Shown here piece by piece: positions 28,804-38,613 of a DNA stretch of 64,000 bases. Every line of letters begins with the position of its first letter. The first letter of the stretch is position 1. The notes below the pieces were generated by a model that was not told the origin of the DNA, made no database searches, and saw nothing but the letters and a program-made list of their open reading frames with translations. This stretch comes from Spirochaetia bacterium (GTDB taxonomy: Bacteria; Spirochaetota; Spirochaetia; SZUA-6; Bin103). The DNA lies in assembly GCA_965203055.1 (NCBI GenBank), contig OZ241863.1, forward strand, positions 4,160,001-4,224,000, given 5' to 3'. Both the position numbers and the translations under genes were made by a program.

Positions 28804-30751
28804 CTACCGAGAGCAGCCCGGTAGTCAGCGCGGGCACGTAGGTGATCACCAGCACCACTGCGAGGAGCACGATCAGGAACGGCACTACGGTGCGGTAGAT
28901 GCGTATCAGATCGCGCTCGAAGCGGTAGGAGGCCAGGAACAGGTTGATGCCCACCGGCGGGGTGAGGTAGCCGAGCTCGAGATTGGCCAGAAAGATGATG
29001 CCGAGGTGCACCGGGTGCACGCCGTAGGCGATGCCGAGCGGGATCAACAGCGGGCCGAGCACCACGATGGCGGAGAAGATGTCCATCAGCGCCCCCGCGG
29101 CCAGCAGGGTGAGGTTGAGGAGGATCAGAAACAGCAGCCGCGAACTGATGCCGGCGCTTACCCATTGCACCAGCCGGGCGGGCACCTCCGCATCCACCAG
29201 GTAGTAGGACAGGCCCCGGGCCACCGCCAGGATCACCAGCACGCCGCCGATGATCGGCGTGCACCGGGCCAGCACCCGCGGCAGCGCGCGCCACGGGAGG
29301 TCGCGGTGCACCACCACCTCCACCAGCAGCACGTAGAGGGCCGCGGCCGCCGCGGTTTCCACCAGGGTGGTGACGCCGCCGAAGTAGAGCAGCACCACGA
29401 CCACCGGCAGCGCCAGCTCCCAGGCCGCGCCGCGCGCCGCCAGCAGCGCTTGGCGCAGGCTGAACGGCTCCCGCGCCGGGCGCGGCGCCGCGCCTCCACC
29501 CCCGTCGCGGCGGCGCCGCGCGCCGTGCAGCAGCGCGTAGCCGGCCAGCGCCACCACCATCACCAGCCCCGGCAGGAACCCGCCCACGAACAGTTGGCGA
29601 ATGTCGATCTGGGCGATCACGCCGTACATGATGATTGGCAGCGCCGGAGGAAACAGCAGCCCGATGCTGCCGGAGGCGGTCAGCAGCCCGACCGCGAAGT
29701 CGTCGCGGTAGCCGTTCTTGACGAGCATGTAGAGCAGCAGGCCGCCGAGCGCGAGGATGGTCACCCCCGAGGCCCCGGTGAAGGTGGTGAAGAAGGCGCA
29801 CAGCACCACCGCCATCACGCCGAGACCGCCCCGGAACCAGCCGAACCAGGTGTGGAACACCCGGATCAACCGCGCGCCGGCCTGGCTCTCGGAGAGTACG
29901 AAGCCGGCCAGGGTGAACAGCGGCAACGCCGGCACCAGCGGTTGTGACAGCATGGCGTAGGCTTCGTTCGCCACCACTTCGAGCGCGCCGCCGGTGGCCA
30001 GGAACTGCAGCAGGGTAACGCCGCTCAGCAGGACGAAGATGGGGACGCCGATGAAGGCCGCCGCCACCAGCGCCAGCAGCAGCGGCAGGCGCAGCGCGGT
30101 GGCCGCGGCCGCGACCGCCTGCACCAGGTCGTAGCTGGGAAAGTAGGCCGGGGCCACCGCCTGCAGGCTGTTGACCAGCGGTTCGCTGCCGAGCAGCAGG
30201 CCGGCGGGGATGGCTGCCAGTACCGCCAGGCGGCCGCAGCGCTGCCGGAACGCGGCCGCCGCGAAGCGCGCGGCAATGGCGGCGAACCCCGCCGGCAGGA
30301 TGGCGACCGCGGCCTGGATCGGGACCGCTCCCACCCGCTGCCGGGGATCGAACGCCAGCAGCAGCAGCGACAGCGCGCTGGCGGCCAGCGCCGTGGTCAC
30401 CGCCACCGAAATGGCGCTGGCCGCGGCGCGCATGCGCCCGCCCCACGGCCCCGGCAGCTTGTGGAGGCCGCTGCTGAGCGCCAGATGGGCGCCCTGGCGG
30501 GTGGTGATGATGCCGGCCAGCAGCGCCACCCAGAGCGTGAGGTGGCGCACGTATTCGGTGGTGACCGCCAGGCCGCCGCCGAACAGCAGCCGCATCACCA
30601 CGTTGGCCGCCGGCACCAGGGCGAGCAGCACCAGCGCCGCCAGCACGGCCGCGTCCTCCACCCGCGCCAGCGGCCCGCCGGCGGGTGGGCCGCCCGCGGC
30701 GCCCGGCTCAGCCGCCGCGGGCGGTGGTCCGGCGGATGGTGGCGGCGTCAA
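28793..30751 (-). CDS. TRAP transporter fused DctQM permease
   Basis: TGASGVTILALGG, GSIGLLFPP, LGYLTPPVGINLF. Confidence 0.9.
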   Translation of the reverse strand: MTPPPSAGPPPAAAEPGAAGGPPAGGPLARVEDAAVLAALVLLALVPAANVVMRLLFGGGLAVTTEYVRHLTLWVALLAGIITTRQGAHLALSSGLHKLPGPWGGRMRAAASAISVAVTTALAASALSLLLLAFDPRQRVGAVPIQAAVAILPAGFAAIAARFAAAAFRQRCGRLAVLAAIPAGLLLGSEPLVNSLQAVAPAYFPSYDLVQAVAAAATALRLPLLLALVAAAFIGVPIFVLLSGVTLLQFLATGGALEVVANEAYAMLSQPLVPALPLFTLAGFVLSESQAGARLIRVFHTWFGWFRGGLGVMAVVLCAFFTTFTGASGVTILALGGLLLYMLVKNGYRDDFAVGLLTASGSIGLLFPPALPIIMYGVIAQIDIRQLFVGGFLPGLVMVVALAGYALLHGARRRRDGGGGAAPRPAREPFSLRQALLAARGAAWELALPVVVVLLYFGGVTTLVETAAAAALYVLLVEVVVHRDLPWRALPRVLARCTPIIGGVLVILAVARGLSYYLVDAEVPARLVQWVSAGISSRLLFLILLNLTLLAAGALMDIFSAIVVLGPLLIPLGIAYGVHPVHLGIIFLANLELGYLTPPVGINLFLASYRFERDLIRIYRTVVPFLIVLLAVVLVITYVPALTTGLLSVVRF

Positions 30752-31773
30752 TCAGCGGTGGCGGCGCGGGCGCGGTAGGCGGCGACCGTCTCGGTCACCA
30801 GTTGGTAGGCGGCCGGATCGATCACCGCCCCGATCAGGCCCTGGAACTCGCGGCGGACGGTGTCCTGCCATTCCTGCTCCAGCGCCGCGGTCGCCTCGTA
30901 GACCTGCAGGCCGTGGGCGCGCATCACGTGCACCGCCAGGTCGTCCTGCTCGTGCGCGCTGGCGCTCAACCGCTCGCCCGCGGCCTGCGCCACGGCGCGC
31001 AACCGGGGCCGGATGCGCTCGGGAATCCGCTCCCAGACGCGCTTGCTGATCACCAGCGCGCCGTACAGCGGCGCCAGCCGCAGGTCGTTCATGTGCGGGG
31101 CAAGGCCGAACCACTGAAACGCCGCCGCCGCCAGCGGGCTCGACAGGTAGGCGTCGATCATGCCGCTCTGCAGCGCCGTGGTGACCTCGGTCAACGGCAA
31201 CGCCACCACGTCGAAGCCGGCTTGCTGCCAAGCGCGGATTTCGGCAGCCCCGGCGTCGCCGATCCACAGCGTCTGCCGGCGGAGGTCGTCGAGCGTGCGC
31301 AACGGCTGGCGGGCGAAGAACTTGACCCAGCCGATCGGCGACCACATCAAGGCCACGAAGCCGCGTTCTTCCAGTTGTTGTTCGAAGAACGGCGCCAGCT
31401 CGCCGAGCACCGCAAGCATCTCCGCGTCGTTGCGGATCAGCATCGGCGACGCCAGCGCCAGCATGCCGGGATAGATGTCGTTCAAGCTGCCGGCGGTCAG
31501 GGTGGCGGCGTGAAGCTGGCCGATGCGCATCTTGCGAATCATGTCGGGTTCGTCGCCGGCGATGCCGCCGGGGAAGATCTTCAACTCCACCGCGCCGTCG
31601 GAAATCCGCGACCAGTCCGCGGCCAGGCGGCGCAGCACCAGGTCCCAGGGGGAGTTGGCGGGCGCCACCGTGCCCAGCTTGATGGTCAGCGCGGGCAGCG
31701 CGGCGGCGGACAGCAGTGCCAGCAGCGCGGCCAGCGCGGCCAGCCGCAGGGGAACGATCAGATTACGGGTCAA
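30748..31773 (-). CDS. TRAP substrate-binding protein (DctP/TatP type)
   Basis: Signal peptide, IKLGTVAPANSPW, GDEPDMIRKMRIGQL, ALQSGMID. Confidence 0.88.
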   Translation of the reverse strand: MTRNLIVPLRLAALAALLALLSAAALPALTIKLGTVAPANSPWDLVLRRLAADWSRISDGAVELKIFPGGIAGDEPDMIRKMRIGQLHAATLTAGSLNDIYPGMLALASPMLIRNDAEMLAVLGELAPFFEQQLEERGFVALMWSPIGWVKFFARQPLRTLDDLRRQTLWIGDAGAAEIRAWQQAGFDVVALPLTEVTTALQSGMIDAYLSSPLAAAAFQWFGLAPHMNDLRLAPLYGALVISKRVWERIPERIRPRLRAVAQAAGERLSASAHEQDDLAVHVMRAHGLQVYEATAALEQEWQDTVRREFQGLIGAVIDPAAYQLVTETVAAYRARAATAD

Positions 31774-32683
31774 GAAAGAAATCCTCCATGTGGGCCAACA
31801 GCCAGACGGCGTGTTCCCGGTCCAGCGAGTTCTGGAGCCGGTATTCGACGACGTCCATGGGCACGGCGAGGGCTTGCCCCAGGAGCTCGCGGAACTCCGC
31901 GGCGTCCTGGGTGCTGATCGCGACGCCCGCCATGGCTACGTAGGGCCGCGCCTTGGCGCCGTCCGAGGCGGCCACCGCCAGCTCGAAGTGGCGCCGCGCG
32001 CGCGGCGCGCCGCCGCCCAGTGCTTCGGGGAGACCGCCGTAGTAGGCGATGAGAACGTCGTGCACCGCGCCGCCGTCGTACTCCGAGTCCCACGCTTCGA
32101 CCTGTTCCAGCAGCGCCCCGGCCCGCAGGACGTCGGCTCCCAGCGTGATGTCCAGCGGGTCGGTGGAGGCGGCAGCCAGCCAGGCGGCGCCCAGCCAGTA
32201 GAAGTAGTCGATGCTCGAAGGGTCGGCCAGCGCCGCGGCGGCCGCGGCGTCGCCTTCCGCCAGCCGTGCGCGAAACCCCGGATGGCGCACGTCGAGGCCG
32301 GTCAGCAGGTACTCGCGGGCGCGCAGATAGAGCGCCTTGGCGCGCGCCAGTTCGGCCGCCCGCAACTCGATCTGGCGGTCCGGCAGGCGCTCCGCCGGGC
32401 GCTGCACGAAGAGGGCGGCGTAGACCGTGAAGGCGCGCCCGGTGGCCAGCAGCAGCGGCGGGTCGTCCGGCAATTCGGCGACCAGCAGTTCGTGCAGCTT
32501 GAGGGTAAAGGGCATCGCCTCGCCTACCAGCCGCGCGTCGGCGTCGCCGGCCATGACGGTGTCGGAGCCGCCTCCGCTGATCATCCTGGCTACCGTTACC
32601 GTGGCGAGGCGGTTCAGCTCGCAGCCGGACAGCGCCGCCAGCAGGCTCAGCACGCACAGGAAGCGGAGCGACCTTCCCTTCAT
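31763..32683 (-). CDS. TatT-family lipoprotein (TPAT TRAP system)
   Basis: Lipobox LSGC; DARLVGEAMPFTLKLHE, RAKALYLRA, GGAPRARRHFE; first gene of the TRAP cluster. Confidence 0.8.
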   Translation of the reverse strand: MKGRSLRFLCVLSLLAALSGCELNRLATVTVARMISGGGSDTVMAGDADARLVGEAMPFTLKLHELLVAELPDDPPLLLATGRAFTVYAALFVQRPAERLPDRQIELRAAELARAKALYLRAREYLLTGLDVRHPGFRARLAEGDAAAAAALADPSSIDYFYWLGAAWLAAASTDPLDITLGADVLRAGALLEQVEAWDSEYDGGAVHDVLIAYYGGLPEALGGGAPRARRHFELAVAASDGAKARPYVAMAGVAISTQDAAEFRELLGQALAVPMDVVEYRLQNSLDREHAVWLLAHMEDFFLDP

Positions 32684-32718
32684 GCTCCCGCAAGGATAGG
32701 CGCTGCCTCGGGCGGCGG

Positions 32719-33522
32719 TCAACCGCGTGGTCCGAGGCGCGGGAACAGGCGCAGCGCGTTGGCGGTGGTCTGCAGCGCGATCCGCTCCTCGCCGGCGCCG
32801 CGCAGCAGCGCCAGCCGCGCGGCCACGTGCCGCACGAACGCGGGCTCGTTGCGGCGCCCCCGCAGCGGCTCGGGAGCCAGGTAGGGAGCGTCCGTTTCCA
32901 GCACCAGGCGATCGTCCGGCAGCGCCGCGGCGACCGCGCGCAGGTCGCCGGCGTTGCGAAAGGTGAGCAGGCCGCCGATCCCGAGGTAGAAGCCGGCGGC
33001 CACGGCCCAATCGGCGGCGTCGCGGCCGCCGCTGAACGCGTGCAGCACGCCCGGCGGTTGCGGCAGCGCGGCGCGTTGGCCCCAGGCCCGCAGCCGGGCC
33101 AGCAGCGCCCCGGTTGCGTCGCGGTTGTGCAGAATGACCGGCAGCCCGGCGCCGGCGGCCAAGTCGAGCTGCGCGTCGAGCCAGCGCGTCTGCAGCTCCG
33201 CCGGCGGCCCGCGCCGAAAGTCGAGACCGGTCTCGCCGATGGCGACCACCGCCGGCTCCTGCGCCAGTTCGCGGAGCTGCTCGATGGCGGCGGCCGCCGA
33301 GTCGTGCGCCGCGCACCGCAGCGGGTGCACGCCGACGGCCACCCGCAGCCCGGGGTGGCGCTCGGCCAGCCGCAGGGCGGCGCGCGCCCCGGCCACCCCG
33401 GTCGCCGGGATCACCGCCCGGGTGACTCCCGCGGCCGCGGCGCGCTCGATCACCGTGTCGCGGTCGGCGGCAAAGCGCGCGTCATCCAGGTGGCAGTGAG
33501 TATCGATCAGCGCGGCCGTCAC
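32719..33522 (-). CDS. tatD: TatD-family DNase
   Basis: IDTHCHL, GVHP, AIGETGLD, ILHNR, LETDAPYL. Confidence 0.92.
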   Translation of the reverse strand: MTAALIDTHCHLDDARFAADRDTVIERAAAAGVTRAVIPATGVAGARAALRLAERHPGLRVAVGVHPLRCAAHDSAAAAIEQLRELAQEPAVVAIGETGLDFRRGPPAELQTRWLDAQLDLAAGAGLPVILHNRDATGALLARLRAWGQRAALPQPPGVLHAFSGGRDAADWAVAAGFYLGIGGLLTFRNAGDLRAVAAALPDDRLVLETDAPYLAPEPLRGRRNEPAFVRHVAARLALLRGAGEERIALQTTANALRLFPRLGPRG

Positions 33523-34472
33523 GCGTCCGCGCAGGCCCCGGCGCGGCGCGCGCGGCGCAGCACCGGCGCCGGCAGCGGCGGGGTGCCGCCGCGCCGGGTG
33601 GCCACGAACGCCGCGTAGTCGTTGGCCGCCGCCGCCATCCGCGCCAGGCTGCTGCCGCGCAGCAGGTGGTACAGCACCGCCGCGGCGAAGGCGTCGCCGG
33701 CGCCGACCGTGTCGGCCACCGCCACCCGGGTGCCGCGGTGCTCGGCGCCGCTCCCGGCCGCGTCGGCGACCAGCAGGCTGCCGCGCGCGCCGCGCGTCAG
33801 ACACGCCAGGCGCAGGCGGTAGCGCTCCACCAGCCGGCGCAGGATGGCGTCCGCGCTGCCGCCCGCGGCCGCGGCCCCGGCCGCGGCCGCCACCGCGGGC
33901 AATTCCTCGTCGTTGAGCTTCACCGCGGTGGCGGCGCGCAGGGAACGCTGCAGCAGCTCGGCGGACCAGAAGCGCTGGCGCAGGTTGACGTCCAGCAGGC
34001 GCACGCAGCCGGGCGGGCAGGCCGCCACGAACCGCCTGATGACCGCGGCCGCGGCCGGGGTCCGTTGCGCCAGGGTGCCGAAGGTGACCGCGTCGGTGCG
34101 CGCCGCCAGCTCCTGCCAGCGCCGGTCCAGGACCGGAAAGTCGAACGCCGCCTGCTCGTGGATGGTGTAGCTCGGATGGCCGCCGGCCAACTCCACGTCG
34201 ACGCTCCCGGTGGGATGCGCCGGGTCGCGCTGCAAATAGCTGCAGTCCACTCCCAACTCGCCCAGCCGCGCCGCCAGGTCATCGCCGGCCGGGTCGGCCC
34301 CGACGCGGCTGGCCAACACCCCGCGGTCACCGAGCCGGGTGGCGTGGTAGACGAGGTTGGCGACCGCGCCGCCCAGCTCCCGCCGCCCATCCGGGAACCG
34401 GTCCCACAGCAGCTCGCCGATGCCGACCACCACGAACGGCCCGGCCGCCGCCGCGGCGCCGCTACCGGCCAT
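33519..34472 (-). CDS. PfkB-family carbohydrate kinase
   Basis: GIGELLWD, DVNLR, KLNDEE, DTVGAGDAF. Confidence 0.9.
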   Translation of the reverse strand: MAGSGAAAAAGPFVVVGIGELLWDRFPDGRRELGGAVANLVYHATRLGDRGVLASRVGADPAGDDLAARLGELGVDCSYLQRDPAHPTGSVDVELAGGHPSYTIHEQAAFDFPVLDRRWQELAARTDAVTFGTLAQRTPAAAAVIRRFVAACPPGCVRLLDVNLRQRFWSAELLQRSLRAATAVKLNDEELPAVAAAAGAAAAGGSADAILRRLVERYRLRLACLTRGARGSLLVADAAGSGAEHRGTRVAVADTVGAGDAFAAAVLYHLLRGSSLARMAAAANDYAAFVATRRGGTPPLPAPVLRRARRAGACADA

Positions 34473-34511
34473 GCCGCCTGGCCGCGCGGGCGCCCGCGCG
34501 CGCCCGGCGCG

Positions 34512-36434
34512 CTACGCCGGCTCGTCGGGCAAGCCCAGGTCGGCGCGCCGCCGCCGCTGCCACGCGCTTACCTCCTCCGGCGCGAGCTCCGGGGCGCGCC
34601 ACAGCGCCCAGTTGAGACACGCGATCAGGTCGTCCGCCGCTTCCACTCCCACGCCGAGCCGGATCAGCCGGTCGACGCCGATGCGCCGCACCTCCTCCTC
34701 ACTGGCAAAGTACTCCGATACCGAACGGTGGTGGTTGAGCTTGGTGGCCAGCCCGTCGAAGCTCAACGCGTAGCGCGGTACGCCGGTCATCGCCAGCACG
34801 TCGCACAGGTGGCGGGTAGCGTCCTCGCCGGCGTCCCGCAGCCGAAAGCTGACCATCGACCCGGGCAGCCGGTAATGGGCGGCGATGACGGCCGCGTCCG
34901 GATGGCCGGGGAGGGAGGGGTGGAATACCTGTTCCACCCGCGGGTGGGCGGCCAGGAAGCGCGCCGCCGCGGCGGCGGTCGCGCAGCGCCGGGCGAACCG
35001 CGACTGCGCCGCCTCCAGTCCGGCCAGGACCGCGCCGGCCCGGCGCCAGTCGAGAATGCCGCCGCGCATCGCCTGCAGGTCCATCGCCTCGTTGAGCAGG
35101 TCGAGCCGGTTGCTCGCCAGATAGCCCCACATGTCGCGGTCTTCGCCGGCCAGCGCCTTGGTGCCGCTGGCCACTACCAGATCGACGCCCGGCGCCGCCA
35201 GCAGCGGTTCCCGCAGCCCCCACGGGGTGGCAATGGTATTGTCCACCACCACCCGCAGGCGCCCCGCGCCGGCGGCCCGGGCGCGCGCGGTCAGGGCCGC
35301 CAGCCGGGTGGGGTCCAGCGCGCGCGTCAGCGGGTTGCTGTAGGTCTCGGTGAACACCAGCGAGGTGGCCGGGCGCACGGCGCGCTCCAGCGCCTGCGGG
35401 TCGCCGTCGTCCACCAGCGTAACCTCCCCGCCCTGGCGGTCCGCCAGCCGGTTCAGGTAGGCCTTGGTCTTGTTGTACACGCTGCGGGTGACGACCGCGT
35501 GGCTGCCCGGGGCGAACAGCACGTCGAACGCCAGGGCGCAGGCCTGCATGCCGCCGTCGGTGAGCAGCGCTCCCGCGGCCCGCTCCAGGCGGCGCACCGC
35601 GGCGATCAGGCGGCGCCCGTTCTCGGTGCCGTAGCGCCCGTAGATCTGCGGCAGCTCCGACCAGGCTTCGCCGGAGAGCAGTACCGCCGCGGCCTTGCGT
35701 TCCTGCCAGCGCACCAGCGGCGCGCTGCCGAACAGGTCGAGCTGCAGGGTCTCGCCGGCCGGATGCAGGTAGGGCCGGCGGTGGCGGCGCATGGCGGCGT
35801 CGATGGCGTCGTGCAACTCCCGCGTGGCGCGGTCCATGGCGGCGCGCGGCGGCGGCGCGGGCGGCATCCGCGTTCCGGCATGGGGGTCCAGGTAGGCGTC
35901 CGGCAGGGTAGCGGAGGGCGCGCCGCCGGCGGCCGCGGCAATGCCGGCCAGCGCCAGTTCGTGTTCCAGCACCGGGGTGAGCGCACCGCTGCCGAGCGCC
36001 GCGCGCAGCTCCTCCGGCGTCCAGAACCGCAGCTCTTCGATCTCCTCGGGCGGCGCGGCGAACGGTCCTTCGCTGCGCATCCGGAAGGTGCGCACGTGCT
36101 CGGTCTCGACGGCCGAGCGGGTGACGTACTCGTGCTGCGGTTCGAGGTCGTCAGGGGTAATGACGAGGCCCAGCTCTTCGCGCGTCTCGCGCACCGCCGC
36201 GGCCGGGTAGCTCTCGCCCACCGCCAAGTGGCCGCCCACCGAAGTGTCCCACTTCCCCGGCGCGATATCCTTGCCGGCGGCGCGCTTCTGCAGCAGCAGC
36301 GCGCCCCGGTGGTCGTACACCATGACGTGTACGGCGCGGTGGCGCAGGGCCGGGTTGCCGTGCGCCTGCGCCCGCGGGACCGTGCCGATCACCCGGTTGG
36401 CGGCGTCGACCAAGTCCAGCAGCTCCCCGCTCAC
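34512..36434 (-). CDS. Nudix domain fused to Cys/Met-metabolism PLP-dependent enzyme
   Basis: Nudix box GESYPAAAVRETREELG; PLP part YGRYG, ETYSNP, VDNTIATP, SGTKALAG, LIRLGVGVE; one uninterrupted frame. Confidence 0.8.
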   Translation of the reverse strand: MSGELLDLVDAANRVIGTVPRAQAHGNPALRHRAVHVMVYDHRGALLLQKRAAGKDIAPGKWDTSVGGHLAVGESYPAAAVRETREELGLVITPDDLEPQHEYVTRSAVETEHVRTFRMRSEGPFAAPPEEIEELRFWTPEELRAALGSGALTPVLEHELALAGIAAAAGGAPSATLPDAYLDPHAGTRMPPAPPPRAAMDRATRELHDAIDAAMRRHRRPYLHPAGETLQLDLFGSAPLVRWQERKAAAVLLSGEAWSELPQIYGRYGTENGRRLIAAVRRLERAAGALLTDGGMQACALAFDVLFAPGSHAVVTRSVYNKTKAYLNRLADRQGGEVTLVDDGDPQALERAVRPATSLVFTETYSNPLTRALDPTRLAALTARARAAGAGRLRVVVDNTIATPWGLREPLLAAPGVDLVVASGTKALAGEDRDMWGYLASNRLDLLNEAMDLQAMRGGILDWRRAGAVLAGLEAAQSRFARRCATAAAAARFLAAHPRVEQVFHPSLPGHPDAAVIAAHYRLPGSMVSFRLRDAGEDATRHLCDVLAMTGVPRYALSFDGLATKLNHHRSVSEYFASEEEVRRIGVDRLIRLGVGVEAADDLIACLNWALWRAPELAPEEVSAWQRRRRADLGLPDEPA

Positions 36435-37012
36435 ACCAGGTCGCACGCCTCCGGCGGCATCCAGTGGTTGTCGCGGTTCTTCCACTTGACGTTGCAGCCG
36501 ATCGGATTGGTCAGCGGGGTCGGCACCTCCTTGCCCGCCAGCAGCGCCTCCACCGCGGCGCGCAGTTCGCGGGTGGTCGCGCGCGCGGCGTCCAGCGTGT
36601 TGTCATCCATCCGCCCGGTGTAGCGCAGCTTGCGGTCGCCGTCGAACAGGTAGAAGTGCGGGGTGCGCAGCGCGCCGTAGGCGAGCGCTACGGCCTGACT
36701 CTCGTCGCGCACGTAGGGGAACTCGAACCCCTTTTCCCCGGCGCGCTGCCTCATGTGCTCGAACGAGTCGGTGGGATGGCTGTCGGTCTCGTTGGAGTTG
36801 ATCGACACCATCGCCATGCCCTGGTCGCGGAAGTCGGCGTAGAACTGCTGCATGCGCTCCTCGGTGCCGATGACGTGCGGGCAGTGGTTGCAGGCGAACA
36901 CTACGGTGAGCGCGCGGGCGCCGGCGAAGCTGGCCAGCGAGTAGCTCTTGCCGTCGACTCCCGGCAGGTCGAAGTCGGGGGCGGTCATGCCCAGCTCCAG
37001 GGTAAATGCCAT
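36431..37012 (-). CDS. Thioredoxin-like (AhpC/TSA) protein
   Basis: APDFDLPG, CNHCPHV, YTGRMDD, GCNVKW. Confidence 0.88.
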   Translation of the reverse strand: MAFTLELGMTAPDFDLPGVDGKSYSLASFAGARALTVVFACNHCPHVIGTEERMQQFYADFRDQGMAMVSINSNETDSHPTDSFEHMRQRAGEKGFEFPYVRDESQAVALAYGALRTPHFYLFDGDRKLRYTGRMDDNTLDAARATTRELRAAVEALLAGKEVPTPLTNPIGCNVKWKNRDNHWMPPEACDLV

Positions 37013-37209
37013 GTTGAACTCCTTGCGAATCGAAAGGTTGAGATTGCGTGCCGCCAGTATACCGCGATTGGGCGCCGCGTGGCCCGGCCCACCGGGGCCG
37101 CGTCAGGGCGCGTCGGCCGCGTCCAAACCTGGGTTCCGCGCGCGGCTTCCGGCCGCCCGCCCGCGAACCGCCGCTGGCCCGCCGGCCGCCGCGGCCGCGA
37201 GGTGGTAAG

Positions 37210-38613
37210 GTGGCGGGCGTGGAGGAAAGCCGCGCCGCGCGCAGGGCCGTCGTTGCCGACGATCTGACCGGCGCCATGGACGGCGGCGTGCAGTTGCTTG
37301 CCGCCGGCGCGGTCACGGTGGAGGTAAGCCCCGGCGCCGGCGCCGCGCCGCCGCCCGCCGGCGCGGGCGCCGTAGTGCTCAACACCCAGTCGCGGGGCGG
37401 CGGCGCGGCCGCTGCCGCCCGCCGGGTGCGGACCGCCTGCGCCCGGCTGCGGCGGGCGGGGCGGACGGTGTGGTTCAAGAAGCTCGATTCCACGCTGCGC
37501 GGCAACGTGGGGGCCGAGCTGGCCGCCATCCATGCGGCGCTGGCGCCCTGTACCATCGTCTGCGCGCCGGCCCTGCCGGCGCAGGGGCGCACGGTGGTCG
37601 CCGGCGAGCTGCGGGTGCGGGGCCGGCCGCTGCGGGACACGCCCTATCGGGACGAGGTCGCCGCCGGGCCGAGCCGCGACTGCGGCTCGGCCGTAGTGGA
37701 CATCGTGCGCCGCCAGTGGCCGGCGTGCCGCGCCGTGCGGCTGGCGGCTCCGGCCGAAGCGCGCGAACTGGAAGCCGCGTTGCGCGCCGCGCCGGACCTG
37801 GTGGTGGCCGATGCGGCCGGCGACGACCACCTGCGGCGACTCGCGGCCGCCGGCGCCCGCGCGCCGCGCGCCGGCCGCCGCCTGCTGTGGGCCGGCTCCG
37901 CCGGACTGCTGCGCGCCCTCGCCGCGCCGGCGCCGCCGGCCGGAAGCGAACGGTCGCCGGTCCGACCGGAGGCCGACAGGCGCCGGGAGTTGCCCGCGGC
38001 GCGGCCGCTGCTGCTGGTCGCGGGATCGCGCCGCGCGCTCGCCCACGCGCAACTGCGCGCCGCCCTGGCCGCGGCGCGCGGACACTTGGCGTTGTGCCTG
38101 GAGCCCGGGGGCGCGCGGCCCGTCCCGGACCGGTACTGGCAGGTCACCGGCAGCGGCCGGAGCGGCGCCGCGCACCGCGCCGCGGCGCTGGCCCTGGCCG
38201 CGGGCGCCCTGGGCGCCCGCGCCGCGCTGTTCCTGTGGGCGGCGCCGCCGGCGGCCGCGGCGGGCGGCGCGGGCGCGGTTTCCGCGGCGCTGGCCGATCT
38301 TGCCGGCGACGCCCTGGAGGCGAGCGCGGCGCGCCCGCGGGCGCTGCTGCTGGTGGGCGGAGACACCGCCTACGCCTGCTTGCGGCGGCTCGGCATCGGC
38401 GTCGTGGCGCTGGGCGGCGAAGCCGAGCCCTACGTGCCGTGGGGGCGGGTGGCGGGCGGTCCGTGGGCGGGCACGGTGGTGGTAACCAAAGCCGGCGGCT
38501 TCGGCGATTCCGGCACCTTGCGGCGCATCTGCGCGCGCCTCCTCAGGCTTGGCTCTAGCGCCGCCGGGCAACGCGCGCGGGGCCTTCCAGCAGGGTCGCC
38601 AGGCGCGCCGTGA
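37210..38613 (+). CDS. Four-carbon acid sugar kinase family (DUF1537)
   Basis: VADDLTGAMD, KKLDSTLRGN, PALPAQGR, GGDTA, TKAGGFG. Start uncertain. Confidence 0.85.
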   Translation: MAGVEESRAARRAVVADDLTGAMDGGVQLLAAGAVTVEVSPGAGAAPPPAGAGAVVLNTQSRGGGAAAAARRVRTACARLRRAGRTVWFKKLDSTLRGNVGAELAAIHAALAPCTIVCAPALPAQGRTVVAGELRVRGRPLRDTPYRDEVAAGPSRDCGSAVVDIVRRQWPACRAVRLAAPAEARELEAALRAAPDLVVADAAGDDHLRRLAAAGARAPRAGRRLLWAGSAGLLRALAAPAPPAGSERSPVRPEADRRRELPAARPLLLVAGSRRALAHAQLRAALAAARGHLALCLEPGGARPVPDRYWQVTGSGRSGAAHRAAALALAAGALGARAALFLWAAPPAAAAGGAGAVSAALADLAGDALEASAARPRALLLVGGDTAYACLRRLGIGVVALGGEAEPYVPWGRVAGGPWAGTVVVTKAGGFGDSGTLRRICARLLRLGSSAAGQRARGLPAGSPGAP

